Of a stretch of DNA of 64,000 nucleotides, positions 25,202 to 38,096 are shown in pieces. Position numbers and translations under genes: made by a program. The notes below the pieces were generated by a model. The model saw nothing but the letters and a program-made list of their open reading frames with translations. It had not been told where the DNA came from and did not search any database. How positions within the stretch are numbered: position 1 is the stretch's first letter; each line of letters starts with the position of its first letter. The DNA is from Takakia lepidozioides (taxonomy: Eukaryota > Plantae > Bryophyta), in assembly GCA_030704615.1 (NCBI GenBank), contig CM060731.1, forward strand, positions 52,824,001 to 52,888,000. Reading direction: 5' to 3'.

Positions 25202-28200
25202 CTATCGCTCACAAATCACGCCCCTTGATAGTGAGAGGAGAAAATAACCTCTTCGTCGTGAAGGCTTTCTGATTGGACATTGTCCAAAGGACCTGTTGCC
25301 AACCTCAATGCAGCAGCGACCTGGCTGCTTTCTAACACCTCTGACCTTCATCATTCTTATCACCTTTGCAGTATCATCCCACCTGCCAGCTGCAGCATAG
25401 ATGTTTGATAGCATCACATAAGTAGTAGCATCCAGTTGATCCCACTTGAGAATAGATTTAGCCGCACGTTCAGCCACCTCCATATTGCCATGCATTCTGC
25501 AGGCACCAAGCAAGGCTTTCCACACCACCACATTTGGTTGGACTGGCATTTTGTTAATGAAGTCCTCAACCTCATCCAATTGCCCTGCACGGCCAAGAAG
25601 GCCCACCATGCAGCAAAAGTGCTCCACTATACGAGTGAGGCCATGATCTCGACTCAGGGAATCGGAGTAGTGTCTGCCTTCATCCACTAGGCCCCCTTGG
25701 CTACATGCTTGGAGAACACTTATAAAGGTGATACTATTTTGCTTGAAGCCTTCCTTTTGCATACCTTCAAACAGTTGCAGGGCTTCCCTACGACAACCAT
25801 GCTGGGCATATCCTGCAATCATTGCACTCCATGAAACCACATTTCGTTCAGCCATTTTGTCAAACACTCCCTTTGCATCCTTGATGCTCCCGCATTTAGC
25901 ATACATGTCCATGAGGGCAGTGTCCAGAATGACACCTGGTACAATTCCAGCTTTCATGATGTCAGCGTGGATTTCTTTACCCTTTTCGAGAGCTGCCAGG
26001 CAGGCACAAGCATTGCAAGCAAAAATGAACGTAACCTGGTCAGGCTTCGCCCCTTCCTGCAGCATTTGTTCATAGGTCCCCAAAGTCTCCATCCAGCACC
26101 CATGCTGGGCATATCCTCTGATCATCGCATTCCAGGACACCAAAAAGACTCCCTTTGCATCTTCGATGCTCCCGCAGTTTGCATACATGTCCACAAGGGT
26201 ACTGTTCAGAATGGTATCTGGTACAATTCCAGTTCTCAAGATATCAGCGTGGACCTCTTTGCCTATTTCCAGGGCTACCAAGCTCGCACACACATTGCAA
26301 ACGCAGACAAACGTGACCTGGTTGGGCTTCACCCCTTGCCACATCATTCGGTCATAGGTCTCCAAAGCCTCCATCCCAAACCCATGTTGGGCGTATCCTG
26401 CGATCATCGCACTCCATGACACCACATTTCGTTCAGCCATATTGTCGAAGACTCCCTTTGCATCTTTTATGTTCCCGCATTTGGCATACATGTCCACAAG
26501 GGCAGTGTCCAGAATGACACCTGGTACAATTCTAGCGTTCATGATGTCAGCATGGACCTGTTTGCCTTTTTCCAGGGCTGCCAGGTTTGCACATGCATTA
26601 CAGATGCAACCGAACGTGACCTGGTCGGGCTTCACCCCTTCCCGCATCATCTGCTCATAGGTCCCCAAAGCCTCCATCCCAAACCCATGCTGGGCATATC
26701 CTGTGCTCATCGCATTCCACGACACCACGTCTCGTTCAGCCATGTTGTCAAAGACTCTCTTTGCAACCTTCATGCTCCCGCATTTGGCATACATGTCTAC
26801 AAACAAATGAGAATGCAAACAAATGTGACATGGTCAGGCTTCGCCCCTTCCCGCATCTTTTGCTCATAGGTCCCCAAAGCCTCCATCCCACACCCATGCT
26901 GGGCATATCCTGTGATCATCGCATTCCATGACACCACATCTCATCCAGCCATGTTGTCAAATACTCTCTTTGCAACCTTCATGCTTCCGCATTTCGCATA
27001 CATGTCAACAAGGCTATTGTTCAAAATCAGATTTGGTACAAGTCCAGCTTTCATGATGTCAGCATGGACCCTTTTCCAGGGCTGCCAGTCTCGCACAAGC
27101 CTTGCAAATGCAAACAAATGTGACCTGATTGGGCATCACCCCTTGCTGTATCATTTGATCATATGTCTCGAAGGCATTCCTACCACAACCATGCTTGGTA
27201 TATCCTGCCACCATATTGTTGAACACTAGACAGGCCTCCCTTACACTCCCATATTTGGCATACATGTTAACAAGGGCAGTCTCCCAATTTATATATGATG
27301 AAATTCCAGCTTTGATAATGTCATCATGGATATCTTGCCCTTCTCCAGGGCCACCATGCTGGCAACAACATTGAGAACACAAATGAATGTGGCTTGCACA
27401 CGCATTACAAATGCACACAAACGTGATGTGGTCGGGCTTCCCCCTTCCCCCATAATGGACCTCTTTGCCCTTTTCCAGGGCTGCCAGGCTTGCACAAGCA
27501 TTAAAAATGCACACAAACATGATGTGGTAGCACTTCACCCCTTCCCTCATCATTTGCTCATAGGTTTCCAAGGCCTCCGTCCCGCGCCCCTGCTGTGCAG
27601 ATCCTGCAAGCATCGCGTTCCACGACACCAAATCTCATTCAGCCATATTGTTGAACACTCCCACCGCATCCTCAATGCGCCCACATTTGGCATATATGTC
27701 CACGAGGGTATTGTTCAGAATCACATCTGGTACAATTCCAGCTTTGGTGATGCAACCATGCACCTCTTTGCCCTTTTCCAGGACTGCCAGGCTTGCACAC
27801 GCACTGCAAACGCACACAAACGTGATGTGGTCAGGCTTCACCCCTTCCACCATCATTTGCTCATAGGTCTCCAAAGCCTCCATCCCGCGCCCCTGATGTG
27901 CATACCCTGCAAGTATCGCGTTCCACAACACCACATCTCGTTCAGCCATAGTGTTGAACACTCCTTTCGCATCCTCAATGCTCCCACATTTGGCATACAT
28001 GTCCACCAGAGCAGTGTTCGGTGTTCCCTGCTCCTTTAGTTCCCGCGCCCTTGCTGTGCATATCCTGCAATCATTGCACTCCATGACACCACATCTCGTT
28101 CAGCCATACTGTCGAACACTCCCTTTGCATCCTCGATGCACCCACATTTGGCATACATATCCACCAGGGCAGTGTTCAGAATGACATCCGGTACAAGTCC

Positions 28201-29370
28201 AGATTTGACGATGTCACCATGGACCTCTTTGCACTTTTCCAGGGCTGCCAGGCGTGCACACGCATTGCAAATGCAAACAAACGTTATGTGGTTGGGCTTC
28301 ACCCTTTGGCACATCATTTGCTCATAGGTCTCCAAAGCCTCCATCCTGCACCCTTACTGTGCATATCCTGCAATCATCGCACTCCACGACACCACATCTC
28401 GTTCAGCCATACTGTCGAATACTCCCTTCATACATGTCCACAAGGGTATTGTTCAGAATGACATTTGGTACAATTGCAGCTCTGACAACGTCGCCATGGA
28501 CCTCTTTGCCCTTTTCCAGAGCTGCCAGGCTTGCACACGCATTGCAAATGCACACAAACGTGATGTGGTCGGGCTTCACCCCTTCCCCCATCATTTGATC
28601 ATAGGTCTTCAAAGCCTCCATATCACGTCCCTGCTGTGCATACCCTGCAAGCATTGCGGTCCATGACATCACATCTCATTCAGCCATAGTGTTGAAAACT
28701 CCCTTCGCATCCTTAATGCACCCACATTTGGCATACATGTCCACCAGGGTAGTGTTCAGAATGACATCTGGTACAATTCCAGCTTGACGATGTCACATGG
28801 ACCTCTTTCCCCTTTTCCAGAGCTCCCAGGCTTGCACACGCATTGCATACACAAACAAATGCGATGTAGTTGGGCTTCACCCCTTCGCGCAGCATTTGCT
28901 CATAGGTCTCCAAAGCATTCCTACCACATCCATGCTTGGTAAATCCTGCCAACATTATATTCCACGTGATCAAAGATCTTTGAGGCATTCTGTTGAACAC
29001 TTGGTGAGCATCCATGATGCTCCCGTGCTTAACATACATGTTGACAAGGGTATTGAGTAGAAAAACATTTGGCGTGAATCCACTTTGGATAATGTGAGTG
29101 TGCACCTGCTTTCCAGCTTCCAGACCTTCCATCTTGATGCACTTAAGCAAAAGACAGACAAACACATCTGAATCTGCTGAAATGCCTCCTTGGTTTAAAG
29201 TCTGTAGAGCCTCAGAGAGTCTGTCTGCCGCACAAAGCAAATTCACATGCCCAGAAGTGCCAGAAGAGGCATTGTGGACTCCCTGTCTTGATCCTCTTTC
29301 AGAAGCTGTGGTCATGGTTGAGGTGCCTGATTTAATCAACTGTGCCGCTGCAGCTGCTGCCTTTAGTTGA
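25202..29370 (-). pseudogene. PLS-E PPR copy B, DYW domain truncated; 3' 538-aa segment still open
   Basis: N-terminal extension (..VNLLCAADRLSEALQTL) and a long frameshifted PLS array. ORF 25202-26818 has P2-L2-S2, E1/E2 and PG box KQPGRCCIEV, then unrelated sequence. Confidence 0.88.
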
Positions 29371-30366
29371 CCATCTACTCATGCAGGTTTCTTGTAGCTA
29401 TTGATCCACAGGGAATCATAGGTAATCTGGAGCTTGAAATCTGGCCCTCTTGGATGAATCTGGACCCACACTCTATCCCTGCTCCTTCAGCTATCCATGC
29501 CTCTGCACAAATCATGCATACATCCTTGCCTTGCTGCTAGCAGCTGACAATGACAGCCTAGAATTGTTCCAGTAAACACCCCAACCCTACTTATCACACT
29601 AGTTCCTATGCTGACTTCCGACTGCTTCCAACATGCATTCACCTTTTTGCCTCGATTGTTCCACCATTGACTGGGATCGAAAACGTATTCATTCTAGAGC
29701 TTCTCCTCGTCTCTGTTATCTGTTTTTCATAGAATTTGAGCCTTCTCAAGATTTCCATTGTTCGATTGTTTTCCGTATGCTGAGATAGATTGATGATGGG
29801 AGGCTAATATGTAGCTAGCAATAAACCCGATTGCATATCACAGATGCCATTGGCCAACTACAAGTGGTATAACTACTGACATCAGTCAATAGCAACATGA
29901 CTGGATATTTAAGGATCATCAAGCAGCTAACTTACTGTACTGAATTTCAGTGTGCTATAAAAGCATGTTCATGTCCAGTGTTTATTTTGGACACTTGACT
30001 GTTACATGTAATCTCTTTGCACTGGCAAAGTGTGGCGAAGGTATCATGATGTGAGGGCCACAGCAGCAGATGGAAGAAACCCCAAACTGTGCAGAAATGC
30101 TTGGCTTTCTGCTCTCCAGCTCTTCCAAACAGAAAAGAATATATGAACTACCTGCAAGCCATTAGCAATGTTTTGTCTATAACCTTAATTGACGGACTAG
30201 AGCAAAAATAGCCATTTGAACTTGCCTGGCTGCTTGAGTAAACTCCTCAACTGCCTCAACGGAGTTATAGGAGAGCCAATGACCCAGCTGCTAAGCTGCG
30301 AGAAAACCACAACTTGCAGTGTATGCACACACGGCACAATGTGAGCTTTGAGACAACTGGAGCTCC

Positions 30367-31130
30367 CTAAACTTCTGGAATGTCTTGCTCTTTGGATGGT
30401 GTCTGTTGCGCTGGTGCAACCAAAGTGGGCAGATCCTCATATGGTAGAGAAGGAAGACCATTGGAACCAGCACTACTGGAAGTAGCGCTCGTACTGGATG
30501 GCTGAGATTTCTGTGTCTCTATGCCCATAGTTTTTCGCGCTGCTTTCAAAGCTGCTACTTTTGCCCTCTCCTGGACCTCTTCCTGCAGTCCACAATAATG
30601 ATGCTTAAGCAAAATTTGAGGAATACTCTGCTATGTTGATTAATCAACTCCGTTGCAAGTTTGGCAGGAAAGCTATTTATGAGCACAAAAGCTTAACATG
30701 CTGGAGTTTGAAAACTGGGTCTTAATATCGAGGAGTCCTATGATAGTCAGCGCCTTTAGCTGCAGACTGGTACAGGCTCCACATGAAGAATGTGAAATAA
30801 GTACTTCAGACCATGCAGAAAGTACCTGCTTTGTAATCACCTCTACTCCAGTTTCAGTTGTCTCAGGCAAAATAAGTGAGACAACCAAGTAGCACTTTAC
30901 TCTGTATTAGAACAATGACAGATCCCTAGATAATAAATTATTCTAAGGATCACGTTGTACCATCTCACATTTTTCCACCTCTCCCTGCCTGCTCCTCAAA
31001 CACTGAACATGGACAATCTCTTGCAACATGGTGGATTCCTGGACCTTTACCTGAAATTGAGTATGCGTTTCTGTTGCTCAGCCTGCCGTCGTCCAATGTC
31101 ACTCAGAAGCTCCCCCAATGCACACTGCCC
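30367..31130 (-). other. Possible exon fragments of an unidentified gene
   Basis: Coding-looking segments (QEEVQERAKVAALKAARKTMG...; LLSDIGRRQAEQQKRILNFR) near plausible splice sites. No family recognised. Confidence 0.3.
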
Positions 31131-32168
31131 ATTTTCGATACTTTCCTGTTACCACATTGGCACTAACATGTCAAAATCACTCTTTTACTTTTTCATCCAT
31201 TCATAAAAAAATGAAGAAGCTCAAAAAGACAACCATAAGACTTGGTATGATGAATCAAGAATCAACTATTTTATTAATACGTAATAAATTCATATACAAG
31301 TTTTTTATAGAGAATACTAATACATCATCTTGGGAGTATGTTAGAAACAAATGCTCACGAATTAGCCAAAATCAATGATGCTACCGTACCTGCCTACGCT
31401 GCCCGATAATAATTAAATCCAAAAAGAGGCTGCCGAAAATTTTGAAATTTTTACCCATCCCAATGCCAAATGTCATGCATATTTGACCCCAAGACCTATC
31501 CTGATAGTTCTCTTGCATTACCATCACACTAGGCATGCACACATGCAAATGTATGTCGTTTTTTTTATTATTTACCACTACGGCTTCGCGTTGCTCCACA
31601 CTACTAGCGACGAATTCTGAGAACTGCGTTCAATTTTTCATTAAAAAAAGGGGTTGGTCATCCCCACGGTGTTACATGTAGAGATCCCGTGTTTTGTTTA
31701 TTCTGGAAAAAAAATGGCAGATCTGCATTTCAATGTTCAATTTTCACAAGCTGCATCAATCAATAACAACATACCCAAATACCCTTACATTCACTATATG
31801 AACTTTCAAGCAACCACCATGGGATTGGATCTTGGTGGGTTAAGGTTCATCAAGGGCTCCATCCAAAGCCACACCACGAGAAACAAACAAACATGTCCAA
31901 ATTTAAGATGCTGAACAAACTTGTGCACAGTGTTGCCTCTTTCATCAAGCTCATTAAAATTCGTATTCACTTCCATCTTCAAGCTTTGGAGAAGCTCCAC
32001 CACCCAAACCCAGAATTAGCACAGCACTCTAATTTCAAGTGCAATTGTGGGCTGACTTCCTACCTATGCCGGGTAAACCCCACTATCAGGAAATGGTGGA
32101 TAGTCTGAGTAGCTACACAAATGAATGAATGAAGCAAGACACTTGCATCTTTCCAAGAAAACATCATT

Positions 32169-33620
32169 TCACCAGTAATCACCACAAGAACAAATCTCAT
32201 CTTCAAAGTGGTGGAAAGTAGTTAGCGGCCCATACAACAATTGCTCGGCCAACAATCTTTGAGATGAATTTGGTGGAGGTGTGGCAGTCTCCACACACTC
32301 GAACATTCTTGATGAGTCGTGCTGATCAGCCCAAAACCAATGGCCAGCTTCTCACTATGGTGGCAAAGAGAAAATTCTTTTTCTCCACATCATGCAATAA
32401 AAAGCGTGTGTCAGGTACATACCCCGCCTCCTTCATCTGCCCAGACAATCTTCTCAGCTCAGCATGGATTTCCTTAATTCTGGGATGCAACTTGTCATTT
32501 GGATCCTTTCTAACCCCTCTTACCTTCATCATTCTTCTCACCTTTGCAGTATCATCCCATCTGCCAGATGTTTGATATAACAACACATAAGTCACAACAT
32601 CATGTTCATCCCACTTGAGGATAGATGTTGCCACACATTCAACCATCTCCACATTGCCATGGATTCTACATGCACCATGCAAGGCCTTCCACACCACAAC
32701 ATCTGGATTGATTGGCATTTTATTAATCAGGTCCACTGCCTCATCCAATTGTCCCGCACGTCCAAGAAGGTCCACCATGCAGCCAAAGTGCTTTACTGTC
32801 AAATTGATACCATGATCTTGACTGAAGGAATCAAAGTAGCATCTTCCTTCATTCAGTAGGTCAGTGTGGCTGCATGCAGAGAGAATACATATAAAGGTGA
32901 TACTATCCGGCTTCAAGCCTTTCTTTTGCATTCCTTCAAATAGTTGCAGGACCTCCCTATGACAACCATGCTGGGCATATCATGCGATCATCGGATTCCA
33001 CGACACCACATTTCATTCAGCCATATTGTCAAATACTCCCTTTGCATCCTCATTGCACTCACATTTCGCATACAAATGAACCAAGGCAATGTCCAAAATG
33101 ACATTTGGTACAATTCCAGCTTTGATGATATCACCGTGCACCGCTTTGCCCTTTTCCAGGGCTGCCAGGCTTGCACACGCATTGCAAACGCACACAAACG
33201 TGATATGGTCGGGCTTCACCCCTTCCCCCAGGCCTCCATCCCGCACCCCTGCTGGTGCATATCCTACAAGCATGGCGTTCTATGACACCAAATCTCGTTC
33301 AGCCATATTGTTGAACACTCCCTCCACATCCTCAATGCTCCCACATTTGGCATACATGTCTACGAGGGTATTATTCATAATCACATCTGGTACAATTCCA
33401 GCTTTGGCAATGCAACCATGCACCTATTTGCGCTTTTCAAGGGCTGTCAGGCTTGCACACGCATTGCAAACGCACATAAACGTAATGTGGTTGGGCTTCA
33501 CCCCTTTGCACATCATTTGCTCATAGGTCTCCAAGGCCTCCATCACGCGCCCCTGTTGTGCATACCCTGCAAGCATGACGTTCCACGACACCGAAACTCG
33601 TTCAGCCATACTGTGGAAAA
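32169..33620 (-). pseudogene. PLS-E-DYW pseudogene, copy C (5' end lost)
   Basis: E domain ORF 32326-32931, [17 protein letters not shown] and ..CSCGDYW* (stop 32169-32171). Shares lesions with copy A. Confidence 0.9.
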
Positions 33621-34739
33621 CTCCTGGGGGGTGCACTCTTTATAAAATGTCCATATCACGTGCGTTCGCCGCCTAAAAAAAAAAAACCCCTGTATACGGG
33701 TCCTTGGATCATTTATACCCCCTCTGTACATTTGAAGATTATAAAACCCCCTCCTGTAAATATATAGGAATTTGTAAATTTTAAAAAGTACCCCCTGCTG
33801 TATGTATGTTTCCCTTTTCAATCATTAAAAAATACCCTCAAATATGTATATGTTTTTCTTTTCTTTTTATCAAGTTTATTCCTTTAAAAACAGACCTCAG
33901 CCTGTAGGTCCAAATTTTATGAAACCAAGTCGGTGCATCCCTACTAGTGTTGTGCAGGTCCAGGTTTTGACCAAGGGTATACGGCGGGTTAGGATTCGGT
34001 TTATCCGGACCCTGACTCGGACCTTGACCCGGTTTCATTTCAAAAGATGGTCTTACTGGGACAGATCTGGCATTAACCAGGTTAGACACATATGGAACAA
34101 CCAAGATTTTATGGACTCCACATCTATTGCTAGCATTGCAGGATCAGCCAGGACTTCCTCTGGCAGAATTCCTTTTCAGCACCCTTTAATCAGTCTTGAT
34201 ATGTCAGTAAGAGAAATTATAGTGGTCTCTACCCTTTCTCCAAGATTTACCCTATCTTGCCAGAATCTGTATTACGACTTAATTTTCCCTTTATTGATTG
34301 ATCACCAATAATACCATTTGTCTTTCTCAGTGTATCTGACTTGTAACAAGTCTTTGGGTATCCAGTACTCCACTGCTTCTATGATCATATGACAATATTC
34401 ATAATTTGAACATCCTTCCCTGAAAATATAACTAGTGTAACAAACTTTTCTGATTGGGATTAGAGTAATTAATAAAGCTAGACGGGACAACCATTCTTCA
34501 CTTCTAATTCTACATTCCCAAGGTGCTCGTGTAATACTGATCACTCCTCCCTTTAATCCCCATTTGTCATCTTCTTTCGCAATTGAAAGAAAGACCTTCT
34601 GTTGTATTGCTATTCGTAAGCTAAATTTTTTTCAGGAATGCTTTCCATTCCTCTGCTTCCGTTGACTCGTTCTTTTGTGATTTCAAGAAATCACTTAACC
34701 ATCCTTCCTTGAGTTCACTTGAACTCAACAACCGTTAGT

Positions 34740-35645
34740 CCCCAGTATGGTCGCCAAATGTTAACCGTTGGTTTATGACTTGGACAAAACTGGCTATCAG
34801 CACTACTGCCCATTTCCTAAGACATGCAACAGAGGTTGTCAGACGGTATGCTTTCAGAAACGATTACGAAGTAATCGTTTTAAGGATAGCTAAACCATGA
34901 ATGTCGTATGAATCTATATCCCTACAAGCTGCTTAATCCTATTGATTAAGCCCAACCTACAGTCTCTTTTCCATAAAAGATCTTAGTCGGAAGAACTGAA
35001 GCTTCTTTGTTCATACAAGCAGATGGTAGTCAAGACAAAACAAGAATTATTCTGAGATGATACACATTCTCACCATCTCACGTTCTCTCATAATGCGCAT
35101 TATCTCCATCTCATGTTCACTCTACATAGATATGCTTCGAATAGCATGGCTTTACTTCAGAGTTCGTCACATCATCACAGAAGTACACATTGAATCACTC
35201 TGAGTTCCCTGAATACACACTGATCACTGATACTCATATTGTTCATACTCATCTAAGTTGCGTGCAACCTTTTTATATTATGCTCGAAAGAGCCGTTACA
35301 GCCTGTGGTCGTTAATGACCGTTTGCCTAACTGCCTACGCAACCTAAAATGTTTGCTAAAATAGTGGCTTGTTGTAGTGGTCATGAGCCATAGTGGTAAA
35401 CGGTCCACTACTCCCTCTATTGGTTAAAGCCGATGCTAACGTGGTCGTGTGATATCGTGGTTCACGGCCCACGGTCACTACACTACCCACTACTGCTCCC
35501 GTGGTAATGTACCCTTGTTCTGCCATTTGCTAAGTACCGCGTATTTAGCCTTTTCTGTCCGTGACCAGGTAGTGTACACCAATCACCACCCGGTATGTCC
35601 CGTTGTGACCTTCGTTGTCTGGACCTCGTAGCATAGCCGTTATCA
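34740..35645 (-). mobile_element. LTR (34759-35645) plus tRNA-Arg primer binding site of a truncated Ty3/gypsy element (Tat/Ogre-like PBS)
   Basis: Minus strand TGATAACGG...CGGTTAACA (TG..CA with imperfect inverted termini), followed 2 nt later by TGGCGACCATACTGGGG. Degenerate internal sequence continues toward ~33900. Confidence 0.7.
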
Positions 35646-36055
35646 GTGTGAAACAAGAAATGTTGGTAGAGTTATGTGCATGCAACTACGCAACACATGA
35701 TGGTTTAGTAAACGGAGTAGACGGTATATTTAAACATACTTCAGTGTTAGCATATTCAACGCCTTTAATATCAATATATGAACTTTGAAGCGAGGCGGTT
35801 TGTTTGTTTTGTTTTGTTTCGTTTAATGAAAACTAGAGGTCGCACTTGGGCCTCGACATAGGAGACGCACTTGGATACATAGAAGATCTCACACTTGGGC
35901 TTAAGTGATGGACACTTGGGCCAACGGCACAGGCTACCCTAGTATGAAGCAAGGTATCTAAACAAACATCCAACTTCATTTTAATACATCGATTTCAATT
36001 CTTCATACATGGGCTTCGACGTAGGAGATGCACTTGGCTACATAGGGGATTGCAC

Positions 36056-36290
36056 CAGTGTTGGGCAGATATAGAGTGATCCGGATATCAAAATCCGGAT
36101 ATCAATTCGGATTCCAGTGGATCCGGATCCGGATCCGGCACCATTTTATTACAATTGTAATAATTGATTAAATAAAAATTCCAAAATATTATTCTTAAAA
36201 TTCATACATCCGGATGCTATATCTGGATTATTCTACAACCGCCGGATATTGTAATATGAATATCCGGACTTATGTATTGTTCAACTGGAC
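36056..36290 (+). mobile_element. Right-truncated hAT MITE
   Basis: Left TIR cagtgttgggcagat after the flank gattgcac (36048-36055). Has atccgga subterminal repeats and is homologous to 37825-38096. Confidence 0.7.
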
Positions 36291-36498
36291 GCTCTAACTT
36301 GGTAGGAAATTATGGACGTCATATTATCTCTCGTCCATTTGACGTGCGTCGATATATTCATAACGTAATACATTTAGATTGTATAAAGAGGGTACCCACA
36401 AGGGGAAGAGGCTCTTATCTATGCTAACTAAGGTATAACTCACGGTTATGATTCAATATGGTTCTTTCCGAAGTGACTCTCATCATTGCAACTTAGCT

Positions 36499-37335
36499 TC
36501 AGAAAAGTATGACATTCAGACCTCCATTCTCGTTCATAACTTCATAGCCACCAGAACGTTCTGCCCCATTAATTGACTGCGCGCAAATGTATGTTAAGGT
36601 ACTCACATAATTTCCTATTGTGCTACATGGCCAACAATCTTTATTTCCACACAGTCCAGCGGAGCAACTGCCAATAGTAATCATGGTTTCGCATTGGCTT
36701 CCCCATCCATTGTCCTGACAACAATCCGTTGAACCAAGATTCCATAAATAATAAATTATTGCCTGGCAGTCTGTAGTCAGAGGGCTAGCTTCAGAAGTCT
36801 GACAGACAGCCTGTGATTCGGCATGTGCTCCTGATACAACCACCACCCGCACACAAACGCAAAGCGATATTTCAGCTGTGAACATGCCCTAGATAAGAAA
36901 GTTGGTGGGATGGATGTGATGTTGTTTCAACCAGGACTGAACAACCTTGGACAATATTAAAATCAGAACCAAATCTTTGACTCTTTTTTCATGGCCGGAA
37001 CAAGGATTGATCACCCAATTTGTGATGTATAATTAATATTAATATCGAATTAAGCAGTTTAGGTGCATACACAAAAGACATGCAAGTCATGTCTCGTTTC
37101 AGTAAGCGGCATATATCCAAATCAAGATCCAGTATGAGATTAGTAGAAGACACATCGTGACAAAGGGCCTAATTTCATGCCAATCGAGATCAGAGCAGCC
37201 ATATCGAGACTTGAAAAAGTAGTAGAAATGAGATAAAAATATGGATTACTATGTGTGGAGGGGATTCAAACCAGTAGCCACAAGAAGCAATAGAAAGACG
37301 CCAAAATTGATCAAAGCAACTCGTGGTAGTGCCAT
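36499..37335 (-). CDS. Small secreted Cys-rich protein, fungal Ecp2/Hce2-effector-like (131 aa, 2 coding exons)
   Basis: Exon 1 37335-37272 (MALPRVALINFGVFLLLLVAT-g), GT..AG intron 37271-36831, exon 2 36830-36499 in frame (GAHA|ESQAVCQTSEASPLTTDC...RSGG...LNVILF*). Signal peptide with an A-H-A site; 106-aa mature part with 10 Cys. Candidate 5'UTR intron 37497-37369 and TATA 37645-37638. Confidence 0.8.
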
Positions 37336-37824
37336 GATTGTTTTTATCAAGAACTCGAATAAATCCACCTGCAAGAAAATGTGGGCATATTATTAGCTCG
37401 AATATTGTAGACTTGCTGATTCAGCTATATATTAGCTATAATCTCAGCTATACATAAACAAGACTCCTAACAACCAACAAATGCTGTCAGTAGTTACCAG
37501 AAAACTCGCAAACCTCAAGGCATTGCCCACATACCGTCTCAACACAAAGAGATGCAAGTTGGGCTTGTGAGAGTAGAGCGCTTAGTGCAAACACTTAGAA
37601 AGGGAGCGAAGACTTAGATATGAGGTCTCATGTAGTGTATATATAGTAACTTTTCTTGTCTCATGCATGCTAGTCAATATATGAAAAGGTGGTTTGTAAT
37701 TTGTTTGTTTTGTTTGTTTTGTTTTGTAACATTGAGATCTCCCAAACTGTGGGCCCCAACCCTGGTGCTCTTCATACATAGGCCTCAACATAGGAGACGC
37801 ACTTGGATACATAGGGGATTGCAC

Positions 37825-38096
37825 CAATGTTGGGCAAATATAGAGTGATTTGGATATCAAAATCCGGATATCCATTTGGATACCAAGGGATCCGGATCCG
37901 TCATCATTTTATTAAAATTGTAATGATTTAAATTGATTAAATAAAAAAAATCCAAAAAAAAAATCTACTATGCATAGTCCGCGCGGATATTAGAAATTCA
38001 GGTTATTGTAATATTCGGTTCGGATCCAATGGATACACTTTTTTCTAATTTGCGGACTCGACGAATATTACAAAAGCTACGATCCGCCCAACACTC
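37825..38096 (+). mobile_element. hAT-family MITE (272 bp)
   Basis: TIRs caatgttgggc / gcccaacactc with a perfect 8-bp TSD gattgcac (37817-37824 and 38097-38104). Confidence 0.85.

Noticed and set aside
25202-26818. PPR copy B targets the rps4 editing sites preserved in the NUMT
   Set aside because: The PPR code (ND, TN, SN) predicts A at -6 and -7 and U at -9. The three sites I checked by hand (C44340, C44355, C44357) do not fit.
32169-32400. DYW:KP (U-to-C) editing domain
   Set aside because: The motifs are canonical C-to-U type (HSEKLA, CGDCH, terminal DYW), not HAEK/KP/GRP/DRH variants.
36831-36885. ORF-track start MFTAEISLCVCV as the real N-terminus
   Set aside because: It lies in the intron. 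The upstream exon supplies a much better signal peptide in the correct phase.
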